Of a stretch of 64,000 nucleotides of DNA, positions 39,968 to 56,426 are shown piece after piece. A model generated the notes under the pieces. That model was not told where the DNA came from. It was given only the letters and a program-made list of their open reading frames with translations, and ran no database searches. The translations under genes and the position numbers were made by a program. Numbering within the stretch: position 1 is the first letter of the stretch; each line of letters begins with the position of its first letter. The stretch is from the NCBI GenBank assembly GCA_964016885.1, contig OZ024750.1:33356001-33420000 (forward strand), read 5' to 3'. Source of the DNA: Eledone cirrhosa (Eukaryota).

Positions 39968-40157
39968 TAAAATAACAGATTAAAGTTTAAGCAAAGAATC
40001 GCTGCTTTCACCCTTAACGGGATCTTCTGAAACTAACAAAGTCAATCTGTAAACGCAGAACTGGATATTTCAAAAAACATTGCAACCGGAGGAAGACAGG
40101 AAGACGATACTTTGGTTCGTGGTAACGTTCGCTGGCAAAGAACGGGAAAAAACGAAT
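39963..40157 (-). mobile_element. CAGAAGA-family element (hammerhead candidate 39975-40050)
   Basis: Close copy of 2891-3059 with the complete stem I extension. Confidence 0.8.
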
Positions 40158-40270
40158 AATTGTTTCTACTTTTGGCACAAGGCCAGAAATTATCCCAGTG
40201 TATTACTGGTACTTTATTTTATCGACCCCGTAGGGATGAAAGGCAAAGTTAACCTCGGCGGGATTTGAAA
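40158..40270 (-). mobile_element. Family A SINE, 3' half
   Basis: Diagnostic central domain and tail. Confidence 0.85.
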
Positions 40271-40843
40271 TCAGGCCATAATAGGAGCGGTGAAAAACAA
40301 TTACGCGCAAAGACAAAACCACGTTTATGGTATAAAAGAGGTCGTAGACTAATGTTCCCTTAGGTGGTGCATAGAGACGTTCTCTGGCAATGAATATATA
40401 TATATACAGTTTGGATGGGACCACCCATGTAAACTCTGATATCTGAAGAAGTGTCGAATGAAAGTTGGGATCGGATCACATAATCATACCCGAGATGATG
40501 GATGTGGAAACAAATTGTAATTTCTAAAATAGTTTACAAAATAGTTTACAAAAATCTGCAGTTCTTATTATCACTTTATATATAATCTGCAAACTACAGT
40601 CGCTTTAAATCATGGAGCACAACTCAACGAGATACGGACACAGTACCAGCATCAGGCGCTTCAACCAGCGTCGCCGCTAGTAACTACAAGTTACCCACCT
40701 ATATATATATATATATATATATATAGATAGATAGATATATATATATATATATATAAAATAAAATAAAATAAATAAGTCAAATGTTTAAAATTTAGCTTCG
40801 TTTCTTACTGCTATATATATTTCGGTGACAACCAACATATACT

Positions 40844-41584
<741 letters not shown>

Positions 41585-41755
41585 CGTTTCTGAATTTGTT
41601 TAGCAAGATTCTTTATCTGAAGACGTGTGTTGAAACCGATATTGTTATACTTTTGGAAGGTCATGTTGCCAATAAGAAGCACACGCACTGGTTTAGAAAT
41701 ACAAAAATAAGGTATGAAACTGTTTCAAAATGTCCAACGAATGAAACAATTTAAA

Positions 41756-41796
41756 GACCCCTGATGAAATGATGTGAAACGAAACATGAAGGAGTC
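41756..41796 (+). ncRNA. Degenerate hammerhead remnant
   Basis: gaccc-CTGATGA-aatgatgtgaaac-GAAACATGAA-ggagtc; stem II and cleavage triplet decayed. Confidence 0.35.
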
Positions 41797-42025
41797 CTAT
41801 CTAGTTTTCTTCACAAAATGAACTCAACTAAAATCTATGAAGTCCTTTCATTTCTGTTTTAATGGGATTTCGTGTCTAACCGAATAGAAAATGGTAATTT
41901 TATAATCATTTCCATTTCTTTATACAATCGTAAATGTTGAAATACACGTTAAAAATATCCATTCAAACGATAAGATATGTGTGCCTCCTGTAATTGTGCT
42001 GAATATAGAAATAATTATTTACATC

Positions 42026-42457
42026 GGCGGTGGGTTGACTGTCCTTAGATCGTCAGATAAATGATTAACATAATTTATTACGACTCTTTACGTTCTGAGT
42101 TCAAATCCCACCGAGATCAACATCACATTTCATCCTTCCGGAGTCGATAAAATAAAGAACCAATCAAGTATTGGGTCGATATCATCTACTTCCTCTCTCC
42201 GGCACATTGATGGCTTTCTGCCTAAATTAGAAACCATTATTTCACCAGAACTTACAGGGCGGTGGATTGGCAGTATCGGTAGAGGGTCGGGCGCTATGCT
42301 TTGACGCATAGAGTTACGGCCCTTGCCATCCTGAGTTCAAATCCCGCCGAGGTTAACTTTGCCTTTCATCCTTACGGGGTCGATAAAGTACTAGTAATAC
42401 ACTGGGATAATTGCTGGCCGTGTGCCAAATGTAGAAACAATTATTTCACCAGAACTT
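42026..42457 (+). mobile_element. Old family A SINE (42026-42241) with a younger copy (42257-42445) inserted at its tail
   Basis: 18-bp TSD attatttcaccagaactt at 42236-42253 and 42440-42457. Confidence 0.9.
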
Positions 42458-42902
42458 CTTTTTGAATATATCCTTAACCTTTTGAATGTGTTGTTTCAAA
42501 TTACTTACGCCAAGTTTTCTCTTAAATCTACAATTATTGAGTGTGATTTTACATTTTCGATATTCTTCCAAACACAATGGCGGTTTAATATATTTGCAGA
42601 TAGAAAATCCTGCAATAATGGTTTGTTACTTGTTAGATTACAATGATTGTAAAGTACATTTTCATGTTTTCTACAACACTTCTGGCGACATATTGGAAAG
42701 GTTGTTAGTTCCATATATTTTCTTTTCCCGTCAGATTTCACACATGGTAGTAGTACACTTGACATTATCTGAAATCGTATTGATTTATAGTCATATTCTA
42801 CCGTAGAGTAGACTGTTAATGGATGTTTCTTAGAGGTACTTTCAAAAACGTTTCGTCTGCGTGTGTGCATATGTGTACATCTAAGCATTCATAGATAGAT
42901 GA

Positions 42903-42992
<90 letters not shown>

Positions 42993-43562
42993 GTGTGTGT
43001 GAGTGTGCGCATGTGTGTCTGTGACGACTTTCTGCATGAGAAGGTGACTTGTTTAAGTAAATAAGGTTTAATTGTATTTGTATAGTTTCAACATAAGATG
43101 GATAATTCCTATCAGTGAATGGCTATTTATAACGTGGAAGTGAGCAAGTGATTCTCTTAAGACACTGATGGGTTCCACGGTATATTCTTTCTGGGTTTGG
43201 AAATAACAATACATTCACTTAACACTTTATATAACACCGCAAATATAATAGATAATAAACTGGAACATTATTCTCTGAAAGTTCCTTCTGAAGGAGGGAA
43301 TTTTAGGTCCCGAAATATTAGAACAGAAGAAACAACAGCAACAACAAAAACAAAACAAAGATTACCAGGTAACTTACTTTTTCGTTACCTCAAGGTTTTA
43401 CCGAAAGGTTTTTAAGTGGGGAAAGGTCTTGCATTAATCCCACTCTCTGAGCATCGAAAACACTACCCGAAAAAGAGAACTTGTCAACATCATCGGATGC
43501 TTCCGACGCCGCAGTTTTTTTTAAAGTTTCTCTCTTTTAGAAAAATGTTGTGACAACTGGGA

Positions 43563-44330
43563 GCCATTCACTCCCAGGTAAAATCAAGTACTGATCAAAT
43601 ACCTGATGCCGAGGAGGATATTAGAGAGAGTTAGAGCAAAGTGCCTTCCTGCGGTCATGGATTTCATTGATTTTAGGAAGGACTTTGATTCTGTGGACCG
43701 TCACTGCCTTATGAAGATCTTACAGGCTTATGGAATCCCCAAGAAGAGAGTGGACCTGATATCAATGCTCTACACCAACACCAAAGTCCACGCCATTACA
43801 CCTGATACATTGGCTCCCTACTTTTTTTATCATCACAGTGGACTATTGTATGCGCCTTGCGCTGTAGAAATACCAGGACTCTGGCTTTACTGTAACACCG
43901 GCTCAGAGCAGGAGAGTTAAGGCGAAAAAGATATCGGATGCTGAATTTGCCGACGACATAGTTCTGGTGACGAATAGTGAAGGAGGCAGAGGATTTGATG
44001 CAGGGGTGGAGACTGTCGATGAGTGTGGGGCTGAGAATGAATGAGATTAAGACGAAGTATCTGGTAGAAAATATTAAAAAACCAGAGAAGATTACTAATG
44101 TAGGCGGGGAAACGCGTGAATTGGTTGAGGAGTTCCTGTATTTGGGAGCAAAGATTGGGAATAGAGAAGATGATGTGGTCGAGAGGATAAGCAAAGCCTG
44201 GGCTGCGTGCCACAGTTTGAGATCGGAACTTCGTGAAGACATGAAGATCTGTCTCTTCGTTGCTGTAGTGGAGTCTATGCTGCTGTACGGGTCTGAGACT
44301 TGGACACTGACCAAGAAACTCACAGATGGT
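43563..44330 (+). mobile_element. RTE-clade LINE RT fragment (degenerate)
   Basis: [68 protein letters not shown]. Confidence 0.9.
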
Positions 44331-44336
44331 AGATAT

Positions 44337-44393
<57 letters not shown>

Positions 44394-44400
44394 CATATAC

Positions 44401-44451
<51 letters not shown>

Positions 44452-44502
44452 ATAATATATATATATATATATACATACATACACATATATATATAGATAT
44501 AT

Positions 44503-44549
<47 letters not shown>

Positions 44550-44599
44550 CATAGAGATATATATATATACATATATATATATATACATACATACATATA

Positions 44600-44700
44600 T
44601 GCAAGCTGTCCCCAAAATATATACACACTTTCATTACCTGTACAAGCAATATTTATTAGAATGCACAGCCTTTGTGTATACATTTTTGGGGACCACCTCT
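44600..44700. mobile_element. Tc1/mariner-like MITE (~100 bp)
   Basis: TIRs gctgtccccaaaatatatacaca / tgtgtatacatttttggggaccac. Confidence 0.65.
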
Positions 44701-44766
44701 CTCTCTCTATATATATATATATAAATTATATATATATATGTCTGTGTGTATGTGTGTGTGTGTGCA

Positions 44767-44851
<85 letters not shown>

Positions 44852-45287
44852 ATATATATATATATATATATATATACAAAGAGAGAGAAAGGAGGGGAGA
44901 GAGATTTAGATAGACAGACAGACTGATAGAGAGATAGAGAGATAAATGGATGAGGGAGTGATAAAAATGAGAATGTCTCCAATTGAAGAGAACAGAAATA
45001 TTGCGGTGACATGCGCGTCGTATTTTAACGGAAGTTCAGTCGGGATTAATTTCGATTGTTTTCTGATAAAACGGAAATGCAAGGAGTGCAAAAGAAGAAA
45101 TAATAGAGTAAATAAGTGAAGTGAAGTGAATGAGGTGAATGTTAGGAAGTGAATAATTGGCAACAATTGATAAATTTACAGTTGGTGTGTGATAAATTAT
45201 TGATGATGCTCGATATATGAATAGGAAGAAAAATATAGGTGAACATCAGATCGGACCAAGGAAACAATGTTTATTTTTTAGTCACCC

Positions 45288-45862
<575 letters not shown>

Positions 45863-45864
45863 AG

Positions 45865-45947
<83 letters not shown>

Positions 45948-45997
45948 GTGGATAGATAGATAGATATAAAGATATGTAGCTATATATTATTATAATA

Positions 45998-46028
<31 letters not shown>

Positions 46029-46181
46029 TATTTATATATATATAATTATAAATAGGATAAGGGGGGTATTATGTATTACCCGATTACCAGTAAGAAAATT
46101 ACCTCAATGTAATATATCAGATATACTATAGAGGAGAAATACAACATAGATAACAATCAAATTTGGTTTAAATCATTTAAT

Positions 46182-46228
46182 TGCTAACGATCGTTTCTTC
46201 CAGATATATGTCTGGATTCATCAGAGGT
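46182..46228 (-). ncRNA. Minimal hammerhead
   Basis: rc: acct-CTGATGA-atccaga-catata-tctggaa-GAAAC-GATC-GTT-agca. Confidence 0.7.
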
Positions 46229-48162
46229 TATACAATGTTAAAACAAATAAATTCCTAATATTTAGAACATTCATTAAGATAAATTATATTTGAGAAGACT
46301 AATTATAATCGTTAGTGACAATGGAATGTGTTAGCTAAAGCCCCCTCCTATAAGCCACCCAACAAACTGTGTAACCTCTGTCTCCTTATTATTTATTCTA
46401 AACTAAACTTACTAAATAGAAAATTAGAAATTTTCTCTACGTGTCCACACACTCACCAACACTCTTTTCACTATTTTAAACCTAGCAGCTAATTTATAAA
46501 TATGTCAGATCTAAACCCACATTTCCATAACATTTGTACCTTGAATTTTAATCACCTAAATCTTCTAATTTTTGTATTCCTTTATATAACTGCCCCTTAT
46601 ATAGTGCATTGAACCCATCATATTATTTAATAAACCTGACCACCCCATTAACTTAGGCACGTTTTATCCTCTATTTTCATTTTCTAACTTGACAATCAAA
46701 CTATTACCAAAACTTTAATATATTAATTAATACACTCCTTGTAACTTCATTTGATACTACAAATGTTATACTTTATTTATACCTTATTCCCTTAATAACC
46801 TTAAAATAGATTAAATAAATACATTATATACCTTCCTATGTTATCCTTCTTAAAGTATCTTCCATTTAATTATTTCATTTCTGTCCCTTTAATTACTTTC
46901 CTTAATACTTAGCATATTACTTGATATGAATTCATATAAATTTCTTTATAATAGTGAATTGATCTCATCACCTATATTTAGGGTGGATAATATAAGGTTG
47001 TAACCAACCTCTATATAGCTAATATAAGTAAATATAACACACAATAGGTAGCTGGCAATAGTGTTCGTAAATTATATACTATAAACCTAACGTGCGTAGA
47101 TACAAATTTTAGTCTAGCATAAATTATCCACTATTAAACAAATTCCTCTCAATAATATTACTTTAACATTCTTAACACAATTTGGTAAAGGGTAAATAAA
47201 TAAATAAATATATAAATGATATAAATATATATATTGTTTATAGATTTGTAATACATAAAAGTTCTCTTAATATTTCTTATTATTCTCAATAAATTTATCA
47301 ATTACCTCCCTTATTTAATTACCTCCCTTTGTCTCAATACATGAAATCTTTTCAAATTGTAACGGTCAATACGAATCTGTTTACATTAAGACAATATTAA
47401 GGTTTTTTTCAAGCTGATGTTTCAATTTCAACGTAGTCTAGCTTGGTGTACCACTTTGAAAAATGTCAACCATCATGTCTATTATATATATAATCAATCA
47501 ATATAGTTTATATCGATTGCATTCAAATCGATTGCATTTATATTGATTGCATTTATGGAACTGAAACACCGAATATGACACGACAGCAACGACATCAAAT
47601 TAATAGAACTGTCATCACAACTTTAAAGAAAAAGGACCTTAAACTCCATACCTTTGGATTAAGTGTTTGTTTTATATATTTGTTTGAACTGTACAATTCT
47701 ATACTTATTGCTTACACACTTCACAACTATAGATATTACCATTTTCTGCATAAACTTTATAAAACTTTTTGCATAAATATCTTCGCCTATAACTAATACA
47801 TCTTATAATGCTTATAATATGTAACACCTATATGTATGCTATCACTACACAATTGTCTTACCTTATTGCATGTTCTCTGCTATTATTTACATTCTTGGTA
47901 TGACATTCTTGATATAATGTTTTATAAGTAATATTCCTTGCATATATCATATAGATTCAAAACAGCTTTTCTTTACAATACTTTACAATATTTTATAATA
48001 CTTTATAATATGTTATTACTATCTTTTCATTATAATGTTCTTTTTCCTTTACTCTTCAATATATTGTAACTGACACTAATAGTTATAATTAGTCTTCTTA
48101 AATATAATGTATCTTAATTAATGTTCTAAGGATTAGGAATTTATTTGTTTTAACATTGTATA

Positions 48163-48205
48163 TGCTCCGATTATTCCAGACATCTGGAAGAAACGATCGT
48201 AAGCA
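48163..48205 (+). ncRNA. Hammerhead with decayed core
   Basis: tgct-CCGATTA-ttccaga-ca-tctggaa-GAAAC-GATC-GTA-agca; stems intact, core mutated. Confidence 0.5.
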
Positions 48206-48237
48206 ATTAAATGCATTAAACAAATATATATATATAT

Positions 48238-48723
48238 ATTGTTAAACTTGAGGAGAGTCATATTGTTGTAATAATATTGCCAGAAATAATAACAGAACAC
48301 ACTCACTGTTTAGTTGGATTTTGCTTCTGTATCTTTTATATCTCCATGGTTAATTTATTTGGCAATCAATGTTTATCACTGATTGACCAACGGTTAAAAA
48401 TACAGATATAAATATATATATATATAGTCTATCAAAGTTCTTTCGTTGCACATCTGCAACATCATCAATACAATAGGAGGGAACATAATAATAGTACCAC
48501 TGATGATGTTGCAGATGTGCAACGAAAGAACTTTGATAGACTATATATATATTTATATCTGTATTTTTAACCGATGGTCAATCAATGATAAACATTGATT
48601 GACAAATAAATTAACTATGGAGATAAAATAGATACAGAAGCGAAAACCAACCCAAACCAAACAGTGAATGTGTTCTGTTGTTATTTCTGGCAATATTATA
48701 ACAATATGACAATCCCCAAGTAT

Positions 48724-48729
<6 letters not shown>
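48238..48729. repeat. Inverted pair of PLE pLTR copies (~230 bp arms, 33 bp spacer)
   Basis: 48238-48467 is the rc of 48501-48729; both ends run into (TA)n. Confidence 0.92.
48494..48539 (+). ncRNA. Minimal hammerhead (extra nt after A9)
   Basis: gtacca-CTGATGA-t-gttgca-gatg-tgcaac-GAAAG-AA-CTT-tgatag. Confidence 0.7.
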
Positions 48730-48812
<83 letters not shown>

Positions 48813-48829
48813 CATACATACATATATAT

Positions 48830-48874
<45 letters not shown>

Positions 48875-49015
48875 CATACATACATATATATACACATATA
48901 TATATAGATATATATATATACATATATATATAAATATACATATACATATAAATATACATATATATATATATATATATATTTCGTTTCTGAATTTGTTTAG
49001 CAAGATTCTTTATCA

Positions 49016-50323
49016 GAAATCCATTATGCCAAACCCATGACTTCCAAACATCTGATCCACCGAAACACGGCCGTTTCGGACCATACCAAAATCAACATAC
49101 TGATTGCAGATTTGGTACGGGTGATGAGAAACGTGTCCCGCATGTGCAACCCCGAAGAACTAGAGAGACACATACAACACTTCATCCACCGTATGCAGTT
49201 CTCTGGCTACAATCAGAGAGATAAAATCAGAGTGTATAGAGGAGCCAGAACCAAATGGGAAAAAATGGTAAATAATGACATAAATGGGACCTGCCCCTTG
49301 TACAGGAGCAAATTTTGGAATAGAATAGAAAGAACTAGGAACAAGGCTAATAGAATAAACTCATGGTATGATAGCAATAAATACCAGAGTGTAATGTTCA
49401 TCGATACAACCCCTAGAGGTGAATTAGCTTACAAATTTAGAAGGGCCCTAAATAAACATAAACTCAATATTAAGATAGTATAAAGACCAGTTACCTCCGT
49501 AAAAACACTTATTAGCAAGACATACCTTTTCAAAGACCCTCATGTATAGATAAGAAATGTATAACCTGTAAAATAAGCCCCCATATTAACTGTAAAACTA
49601 GAAATGTAGTGTATAGCATAAGATGTACTGAAGGACAATGTAGAGACAAAAATATAGTGTACATAGGTGAGACAGCTCGTAGTGTAGGGGAACGGATAAA
49701 TGAACACTGGCAAGACCTTCAAGATAGTAAAGAATCATCTGTACTCTACCAACATGCTAAAATAGAACACAAGGGTAAATTAGAGAACATAGAAATAAAA
49801 ATAGAATCTACACACAGAAAAGACGCAATGTTTAGACAAATTACAGAGGCAATAAACATAAAAGAATTACAACCAAAATTAAATAGAAAATATGAGTGGA
49901 ACAGCAACATCACAACTTACAATTAAGGACAAAATGAAAACACACACACACATAGAACAAACAACCAACCAGTAACATGTAAATAAACAAATAAATAAAT
50001 GAACATAAACACACACAGACACCCAGATGTGGCGCATGCGCAGACTGAGCACACAACACACACACAGAAACAAAATGGCGTAGGACAGAACAAAGGAGAG
50101 GCACAGAAACAAAGAAAGGAATCCCCAGTCACTGAAGAGGTCACAGAGTGTGTGACGAAAGAACTATGACAATATATAAACAACTATCTGGTTGTGGAAC
50201 CAACCAACCAACCAGAAATTTATAAATTTATAAATTTATAAATTGATTATAATAAATTGAAGTGAACGCAACTGGTGCGTGTGTTTCTTATTGGCAACAT
50301 GACCCTCCCAAAGTATAACAATA
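49016..50323 (+). mobile_element. Penelope-like element (Neptune-like), 5'-truncated: RT thumb + GIY-YIG + pLTR
   Basis: [35 protein letters not shown]...RMQFSGY. Then NVVYSIRCTEGQC...VYIGETARSVGERINEH...VLYQHAKIEH...RQITEAINI..LNRKYEW. One in-frame stop at 49481; 3' end ...cccaaagtataacaa(TA)n. Confidence 0.92.
50128..50170 (+). ncRNA. Minimal hammerhead in PLE pseudo-LTR
   Basis: gtca-CTGAAGA-g-gtcaca-gagtg-tgtgac-GAAAG-AA-CTA-tgac. Confidence 0.85.
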
Positions 50324-50358
50324 TATATATATACATATATATATATACATATATATAC

Positions 50359-50396
<38 letters not shown>

Positions 50397-50994
50397 ATAT
50401 ATGTGTATATATATATGTGGGTGTGTGTGTGTGTGTGTGTGTGTGTATGAGGGGAGTGTATGTTTACGTAAACTAATATTTCAGTATATGAGCGCCATTC
50501 AGTCTGTAATTAATCCAATACATTTTGTCAGTTATAACTCTAAGCAATATGGAAATACGTAGCAGCTGCACGATTCTTAAACGTTAAACACCTTTTGTAA
50601 ATGATTGTTGTCTAGCCGAGTTACCATATATTATTCAATATGACCTATACTCATATTCAAAATCACATACACACACACACCAACACACACACACCAACAC
50701 CAACACACACACCAACACCAACACCAACGCACACACACCAACACCAACACACAAACACCAACACACACATACACACCAACACAAACGCACACACCCAACA
50801 CACACACACAGAGACACAGCAACACAAACTTACAGACACACAGCAACACACCTACACAAACACACACAGACACAGCAACACACCAAGACAAAATCATAAA
50901 AATATCAATATAACATCATTGTGTTTATTCCTCTGTTAATAATAATAATTATTATTATTGTTGTTGTTGTTGTTGTTTGTGGTGGTGGTGGTGG

Positions 50995-51190
50995 GGAGGG
51001 GGGATTGGCAGTATCGGTAGAGGGTCGGACAATATCCTTTGACGCATAGAGTTACGGCCCTTGCCATTCTGAGTTCAAATCCCACCGAGGTTGACTCTGC
51101 CTCTCATCCTTACGGGTCCGATAAAATAAAGTACCAGTAATGTACCGGAAAATTGGTGGCCTTGTGCCAAAAGTAGAAACAATTATTATT
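50995..51190 (+). mobile_element. Family A SINE
   Basis: Full head, central domain and tail. Confidence 0.9.
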
Positions 51191-51598
51191 GTTGTTGTTG
51201 TTGTTGTTGTTATTATTATTATTATTATTACTAACCTTCTTTACGATACCATATATGGGGAAATACCAAACATTGGTAGCCGGGCCCATATATTCACATT
51301 GAGTACTCAAATTGGTGAAACATCATTAACTAAACAACATCGGCAATTATAAGAATGGAACAATATTGGAAGAATCCCAATTCCTTCATCATTAATTATT
51401 TCTTAGGGGACAAGTTGAATATATATCATACCTACCATGACCGTTGTTTGACCCCATGGTCAAGAACGTGTTGCATCGCTGATATATAAATGTATCCCAA
51501 TGCCTTTGAATTACTGATGTTATTTTTTGAATCATGGTCGGGGTATTACATAAGTGAAAACCGACTTATTCTACTTTAAGTTTAATATGTGTATATAT

Positions 51599-51662
51599 AT
51601 TTTATCTGATGAAAGCGCACCATAATTTACCTTGGTCGCCCTTGAAATATATATAATAAAAT
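51599..51662 (+). ncRNA. Minimal hammerhead (family H1 variant)
   Basis: attttat-CTGATGA-aagcgcacc..ggtcgccctt-GAAAT-ATAT-ATA-ataaaat. Confidence 0.8.
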
Positions 51663-51828
51663 AATTATCGTTTTATGAATATAGTTTCCATTTATATAGG
51701 CGCAGACTTTTATCGGATTAGCTTTAACAATTTATTGTTATCATTTATATATATATATATATATTTGATATATATTTATCCTTATGGAGCCCTCTTTGGA
51801 TTTTAGTCTTCAAATTTATTATTATTAC

Positions 51829-53564
<1,736 letters not shown>

Positions 53565-54526
53565 CAAAGTATACTTCTATCCGTCAACATCAAAAACAAA
53601 CTTTTGTTATTTCAATGTTTGAACTGTTTAATCCTCTATCAACTGATAGCACTTTCTTCCTTTCTTCTTTCCTTCTATTTTCCTTGTTTACCAATTAGTT
53701 CTAGAAGATCAAATCAATTTTTTTTTTTAACATTCTGTTTGCTCTTTTTTTCTAACAGCATCAAGAAAGATTATTTAAATATGTCGAAGTACAATCACTT
53801 GTCCTTCTGCCAGCTTGAGAATAAGCCAAAACACAGGAACGAATAGAAAGACGGTTCTCCTGTATCTACCACAATTATATATTATTTTCTTAATGAAGCT
53901 ACATTGGACTAAATTCAAACAGACGAATGCTGGCTCCCGTTGTAAAAGAGACATTCGATGGGGCAAGGATGTATTCTAACAATAAATATATCAAATAAGT
54001 TTTTCTATATCATTTTGTCATTTTTTTTTCTTTATAATGCAATAACCTCCCATCATGCCAGCTTTCTTTTCTAACTAGACGCCATTTTATTTTACAGCTC
54101 TAAAGCTCTTTAGAATGGCATCTATATTTCATACAATTCCATTGAATATTGACTATACTGAATGATGAACTCGGTGAACTTTCGTCACTTGATAAAATTA
54201 GAAACTTCTAATAAAGCAGATCTTCCGACTATTAATTGTAAATGATGATTTCTAAAACTGGTGCCAATCAATGCAATTGAAGAGTAGGGCACAGTTGATA
54301 TAATCAACTTATTATTTTATTTGATTTGTAGATATATATTGATCAGGGAAAGAATGAAATCAAAGTCTGAATTGAAATTTGAATTCAGATTATAAAGAGA
54401 TGTTACAAAACATTGCAGTTCCTATTCAACTGTGCAGCTCTATTTCCAGTTGTAAAAATGTTTTACTTCGTATATCTTTCTATACATTCCACCTAATCAT
54501 TAATTATACAAAGCTGTGATCTCTCA

Positions 54527-54722
54527 AGGGCGGTGGGTTAGCAGTATAAGTAGAGTGTCGGACGCCATGCTTTGCAGCATAGAGTTACAGCCCTTTATGA
54601 TATGAGTTCAAATCCCACCGAAGTTAGCTTTGCCTTTCATCCTTACGGGGTCGATAAAATAAAGTACCAGTAATGCACTGGGATAATTGCTGGCCTTGTG
54701 CCAAAAGTAGAAACAATTATTT
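54527..54722 (+). mobile_element. Family A SINE, full length
   Basis: gggcggtgggttagcagtataagtagag..gagttcaaatccc..gtagaaacaattatt. Confidence 0.9.
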
Positions 54723-54804
54723 ATACAAAGATTAATAATAACAGGCTTCAGATTCTACATTTTCTAGAATAGACTGTGACAGTTTTCAAGGATTTAAATA
54801 ACTT

Positions 54805-55170
54805 CTGATTCTTCTTTACTCACTTAATCCTGAGAGGGTCATGGGAGCAGAGTCCTCAAAATTCCTTCCAGTGGGTCCAGTCAGAAGCAACCATCACTAA
54901 TTGATCTGGCTGGATCACCAAGCGAGATCAATTGAGCCCATGGATGTTATCCAACCATCTTGCTCAGGGTCTAGCCCTGAGTCTCTAGACAGTTGGTTTT
55001 TGCCCGTAAAATCTGTCCAGCGATTCTTTCCTAAGACATTCTAACCACATACCTATAGTATCGAAGTTGTGATCTCTCAATTCGGAGAAGTAGCGGCTCT
55101 ATCTGGAGTGACTCTTTGATCTCCGAGCTACGCACTCTATCGAGTAACGTTAATCCAGAAACCCTTCGGA
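54805..55170 (-). mobile_element. RTE-like LINE 3' end
   Basis: Homologous to 19840-20190 and 33130-33478. Confidence 0.85.
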
Positions 55171-55330
55171 AGAACTTTTCAACTTGTATGAATTTATTGA
55201 ATAAATTCTTCAGTAATTCCGGTAAATATTAGAGTCTTCCGTAATGTTATTGATTCAATAATATACGAATGGATAGCCCATCGCTCGACTCTACCGAAAA
55301 GTTGTATTTTAGTTGTTTTTAAAATAGCGC

Positions 55331-55607
55331 GTCACTCCGTCGGTTACGACGAAGAGTGTTCCAGTTCATATGATCAATGAAACAACCTGCTCATGAAATT
55401 AACGTGCGAGTGGTTGAGCATTCCACAAACATGCGTAGATTTAACGTGGTTCGCAGGGAGATTCAGCGTGACATTTTTGCCAGCTGAGTGTACTGGAGCA
55501 ACGTGAAATAAATTGTCTTGCTCAAGGACACAGCATGCCGCCAGGAATAGCAGTCACGATTATACGACCATGAGCCGAATGTCCTAACTACAAAGCCACG
55601 CGCCTTC
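55331..55607 (-). mobile_element. tRNA-derived SINE, family B (CORE-like)
   Basis: rc: gaaggcgcgtggctt..gttaggacattcggctc...gtgtccttgagcaagacaatttatttcacgttgctccag. Confidence 0.8.
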
Positions 55608-56426
55608 GCGTTTTTGAAATAATACTGTTGCAATTCTAAAATAGAATACTGTATCAACTAAACTGATATTTTTGGAAGTTTAAGAAATTTTGATATACCC
55701 TTATTCAGCTACCGATTTATCTTTTGTGTGAGTGGTTCAGTATAGAATATTCAATGATATAATGGTGTAGGACAAGTAGAAAAGCTTGAATCTAGAAATG
55801 AAAGGAGTTGAAAACTGGACATGTCAATAACTTAGGTTTTAGTATTCGTTGCGCAAGGCACAGACAACTGACACAGTGAAGGAGATATAAATTCATAAGA
55901 ATATTCTGAATTATATAAATCTATGAATAAATGTTGCCTTTTCACTGTTTCTTTCCTGTTTGATTTGTATGAAAACCTTTCATCTTAGTTGGGTTTGTTC
56001 GTGACGTTTCTGGTCTTACATGTCTAAATACACAAAATATCTATTTTACTGTTTTGACTCTGACCAATGTAAACGGCCCTAAGTTTCCCAAATACAGTTT
56101 TTATGATGAACAGAGAGAAACTGGAGACTCTGAGGCTGCTCAGCTCTAGAAAATAGTAATACTAGCTTGTGTTACTGAATATATTTCTGACTTAAATCCC
56201 CGTTAATACAACATTAATAACTCTTAAAACAGTTAAACAAGAGAAATTCCACATAATACAGTCATATCACAATAACATGTTTCAAGAGTAATCGTGTTTT
56301 TTTTGCCTATACTTCAGATAAACGTGAGTACACAGTTCTATCTACAGGTTCGAAGTACAGTCTGATGGTTTGACGAGTACACAATTCTTTCTGTCAACAT
56401 TCAGTGTTATTATTATTATTATTATA

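Larger units (their letters stand above)
46050..48228. mobile_element. ~2.1 kb decayed PLE-like segment bounded by inverted ~110 bp pLTR copies, each with a hammerhead
   Basis: 46165-46272 is the approximate rc of 48120-48222; ttaccagtaaga.aa.ta.ctcaat at 46084 is shared with the PLE end at 24135. Confidence 0.7.

Noticed and set aside
40430-40470. CTGAAGA..GAAAG (also CTGATGA at 1140 and 14663, CTGAAGA at 41617)
   Set aside because: No credible stem II and stem I pairing.
42257-42360. tRNA genes at SINE heads
   Set aside because: A/B-box-like motifs continue into SINE bodies; no complete cloverleaf.
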